Of a DNA stretch of 64,000 bases, positions 62,062 to 64,000 are shown piece after piece. Origin of the DNA: Octopus sinensis (Eukaryota); the NCBI RefSeq assembly GCF_006345805.1, contig NC_042997.1:83700001-83764000 (forward strand), given 5' to 3'. The translations under genes and the position numbers were made by a program. Positions within the stretch are counted from its first letter, which is position 1. Each line of letters begins with the position of its first letter. The notes under the pieces were generated by a model, which searched no databases, had not been told where the DNA came from, and saw only the letters and a program-made list of their open reading frames with translations.

Positions 62062-62350
62062 AGTGTGTGGCTTATTGGTTAGGGTATTCAGTTCAAAATC
62101 ACAAGGTCATGAATTCAGTTCCTGGCAACACATTGTGTTCTTGAGTAAGACACTTTATTTCACATTGTTCCAGTCCATTTAGCAGGCAAAACTGAGTTGT
62201 ACCTGTATTTCAAAGGGCCAGCCTTGTCACACTTTAAGTCATACTGAATCTCCCAGAGAACTATGTTAAGGGTACACGTGTCTGTGGAATGCTCAGCCAA
62301 ATGCATGTTAATTTCACAAGCAGACTGTTCCACTGATCAGATCAACTGAA
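62062..62350 (+). mobile_element. tRNA-derived SINE family D (family C-like head, different tail)
   Basis: gtggcttattggttaggg..gaattcagttcc..ttgtgttcttgagtaagacactttatttcac. Confidence 0.8.
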
Positions 62351-62564
62351 AAAATATATATGTATATATAAATATACACACATTGGCACTCCATTGGCTA
62401 TGTGCTTGATTGGTACTTAATTTATTGACCCCAAAAGGAAAGAAGGTCAAAACGTAAAGATAGGTGAAACACCATAAACAATGCAGTAAACTGCAAATTT
62501 TTGCAGGCATTATAAACTATTTGCTTTATAAAATGGGATCTCTGTGTATTTCTTGGTCACTTGT

Positions 62565-62925
62565 TCATTCTAAAGCCTTAAGATAAACAATATTCTAAGT
62601 TTTTCCCTATTTTTCTATGATGAAGAGAGCATCAGGTTTACAAACTTTTTGAGTATCAACACAAAGCTGACCACATGCAAAAAGAAGTACTCACTTGGTT
62701 CAGCCCAACAAATTTTAATGATGATCCTTGATGGTTATTGTTACTGCAGCATTGAGTCTAACAGAAAACTGAAATGGTAAACCAGTTGGCTTCAGAGATA
62801 TTCTACAAAGGAAACAATAATGCAGTGAATTTTCCTAACATGAATGTGATACCAAGGAGACATGGAACATCATATTTCTGTCCATGAGTTTTGCTATTGC
62901 AAAACTTTGGAGGATCTAGGACGTG
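62565..62925 (-). pseudogene. Helitron RepHel PIF1-helicase C-terminal relic
   Basis: LDPPKFCNS..FLCRISLKPTGLPFQFSVRLNAAVTI / HQGSSLKFVGLN / GQLCVDTQKVCKPDALFI..GKT*NIVYLKALE*, matching the LCNGTRL, FPVRLAFAMTINKSQGQSL, HGQLYVA.SRV and TKNIVY motifs. Confidence 0.85.
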
Positions 62926-63354
62926 GTTTTGGAAAGATTTAACTATGTCTATTAGGTCTACCTACCATACAGATAACCTCATTGGCTTGTTCATGTATTT
63001 ATTCGTCTAAGAGAGATTTGAAGAAGATTTGAGGGAGTATTTCTGTCAAGTCTGTCTACTATCTAGTGACTCTCCCACTAGCTTATACATACATAAACAT
63101 ACATGAAACAGTAAGGTGTGATCTGAGGATAAATTGGATACAGTTTCTAGTATGTAATACTATCATGTAAGGGTAGCATACTTAGCTCATACAAACATAA
63201 AACAGCAGGGTGTAATCTGAGAGGAATTTGGCTGTTATTTCTATCAGGTCTGCATACTGCACATTTTCCTCATTGAGTCATACATGCACAAGATGAAGAA
63301 AATTGGCATGACACAATTAAGAGTCGCAAAAATGCTTTTAAATCTATATATAAT

Positions 63355-63730
63355 AGGCACAGGATGACTGTGTGGTAAGAACTTTGCTTCTCAACCACAT
63401 GGTTTTGAGTTCAGCCCTACTATGTGGCATTTTGGGCAAGCATCTTCTACTACGGTCCTGGGTTGATCAAAGCCTTGTGAGTTGATTTGGTAGATGAAAA
63501 CTAAGAAGTGAGTGTGTGTGTGTGTGTGTTTGCTTCAACTCTTAATACTTGATAACTGATGTTGGTTTGTTTATGCATCCTTAACTTAGTGGTTCAGCAA
63601 AAGATACTGATAGAATAAAAAGTAGCTGACATTAAAAAAATAGATATTAGAGTCAATCTGTTCAACTAAATCCTTTCAAGACAGTGCTCCAGCATGGCCA
63701 CAGTCCAATGATAGAGACAGATAAAAGATA
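63355..63730 (+). mobile_element. SINE family A, full length
   Basis: ggcacaggatgactgtgtggtaagaac..gtgctccagcatggccacagtccaatg. Confidence 0.88.
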
Positions 63731-64000
63731 ATAACTGACACAGTTCAGACAAAATCTTTTCACTGGCAATGAAAAATGGCAAGGTAGGAGGGAACAGAGC
63801 TTCTTGAGGTGAAATACACTTCAAAAATACTACACTGCCCATCTGAAATCTCCTAATATAATACCGAGAGCATAGTATGTTTATGAATTTGTCCAGAATC
63901 ATGCCAGATGTAGAGGAGGAGAGAAAATAGTAATTCAGGGAAGGAGAAGTAGTGAGAGTAATAGCACTGATTGAGAGGGAATGAGAGAAAGTTATAGCAA

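Overview
Eukaryotic, AT-rich, CpG-depleted non-coding DNA (intronic or intergenic) made mostly of transposon debris and microsatellites. The SINE families look like those of octopus genomes; that is pattern recognition, not a database hit. No intact protein-coding gene is supported: nearly all ORFs in the track are microsatellite or SINE translations. Retroelements: about 30 copies of tRNA-headed SINE family A, about 18 copies of family B (clustered in AAT tracts), families C/D, (GAT)n-tailed RTE-type 3' ends, a decayed R4/Dong-clade LINE fragmented across about 0.7-7.7 kb, and CR1/Jockey-type, RTE and Penelope RT relics. DNA transposons: three mariner transposase pseudogenes, piggyBac-type (TTAA) and mariner MITEs, two young non-autonomous Helitrons and a Helitron PIF1-helicase relic. 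The most interesting signal is a set of small structured non-coding insertions: type I hammerhead ribozymes (one intact-looking at 4021-4084, variants at 29963-30086 and 44726-44761, two decayed), several self-inverted fold-back insertions (two with target-site duplications), and a tRNA cloverleaf on an extended stem inside an inverted-plus-direct-repeat unit. Together they suggest a Penelope-mobilised class of ribozyme/fold-back mini-elements. Family letters are my own labels and boundaries of decayed repeats are approximate.
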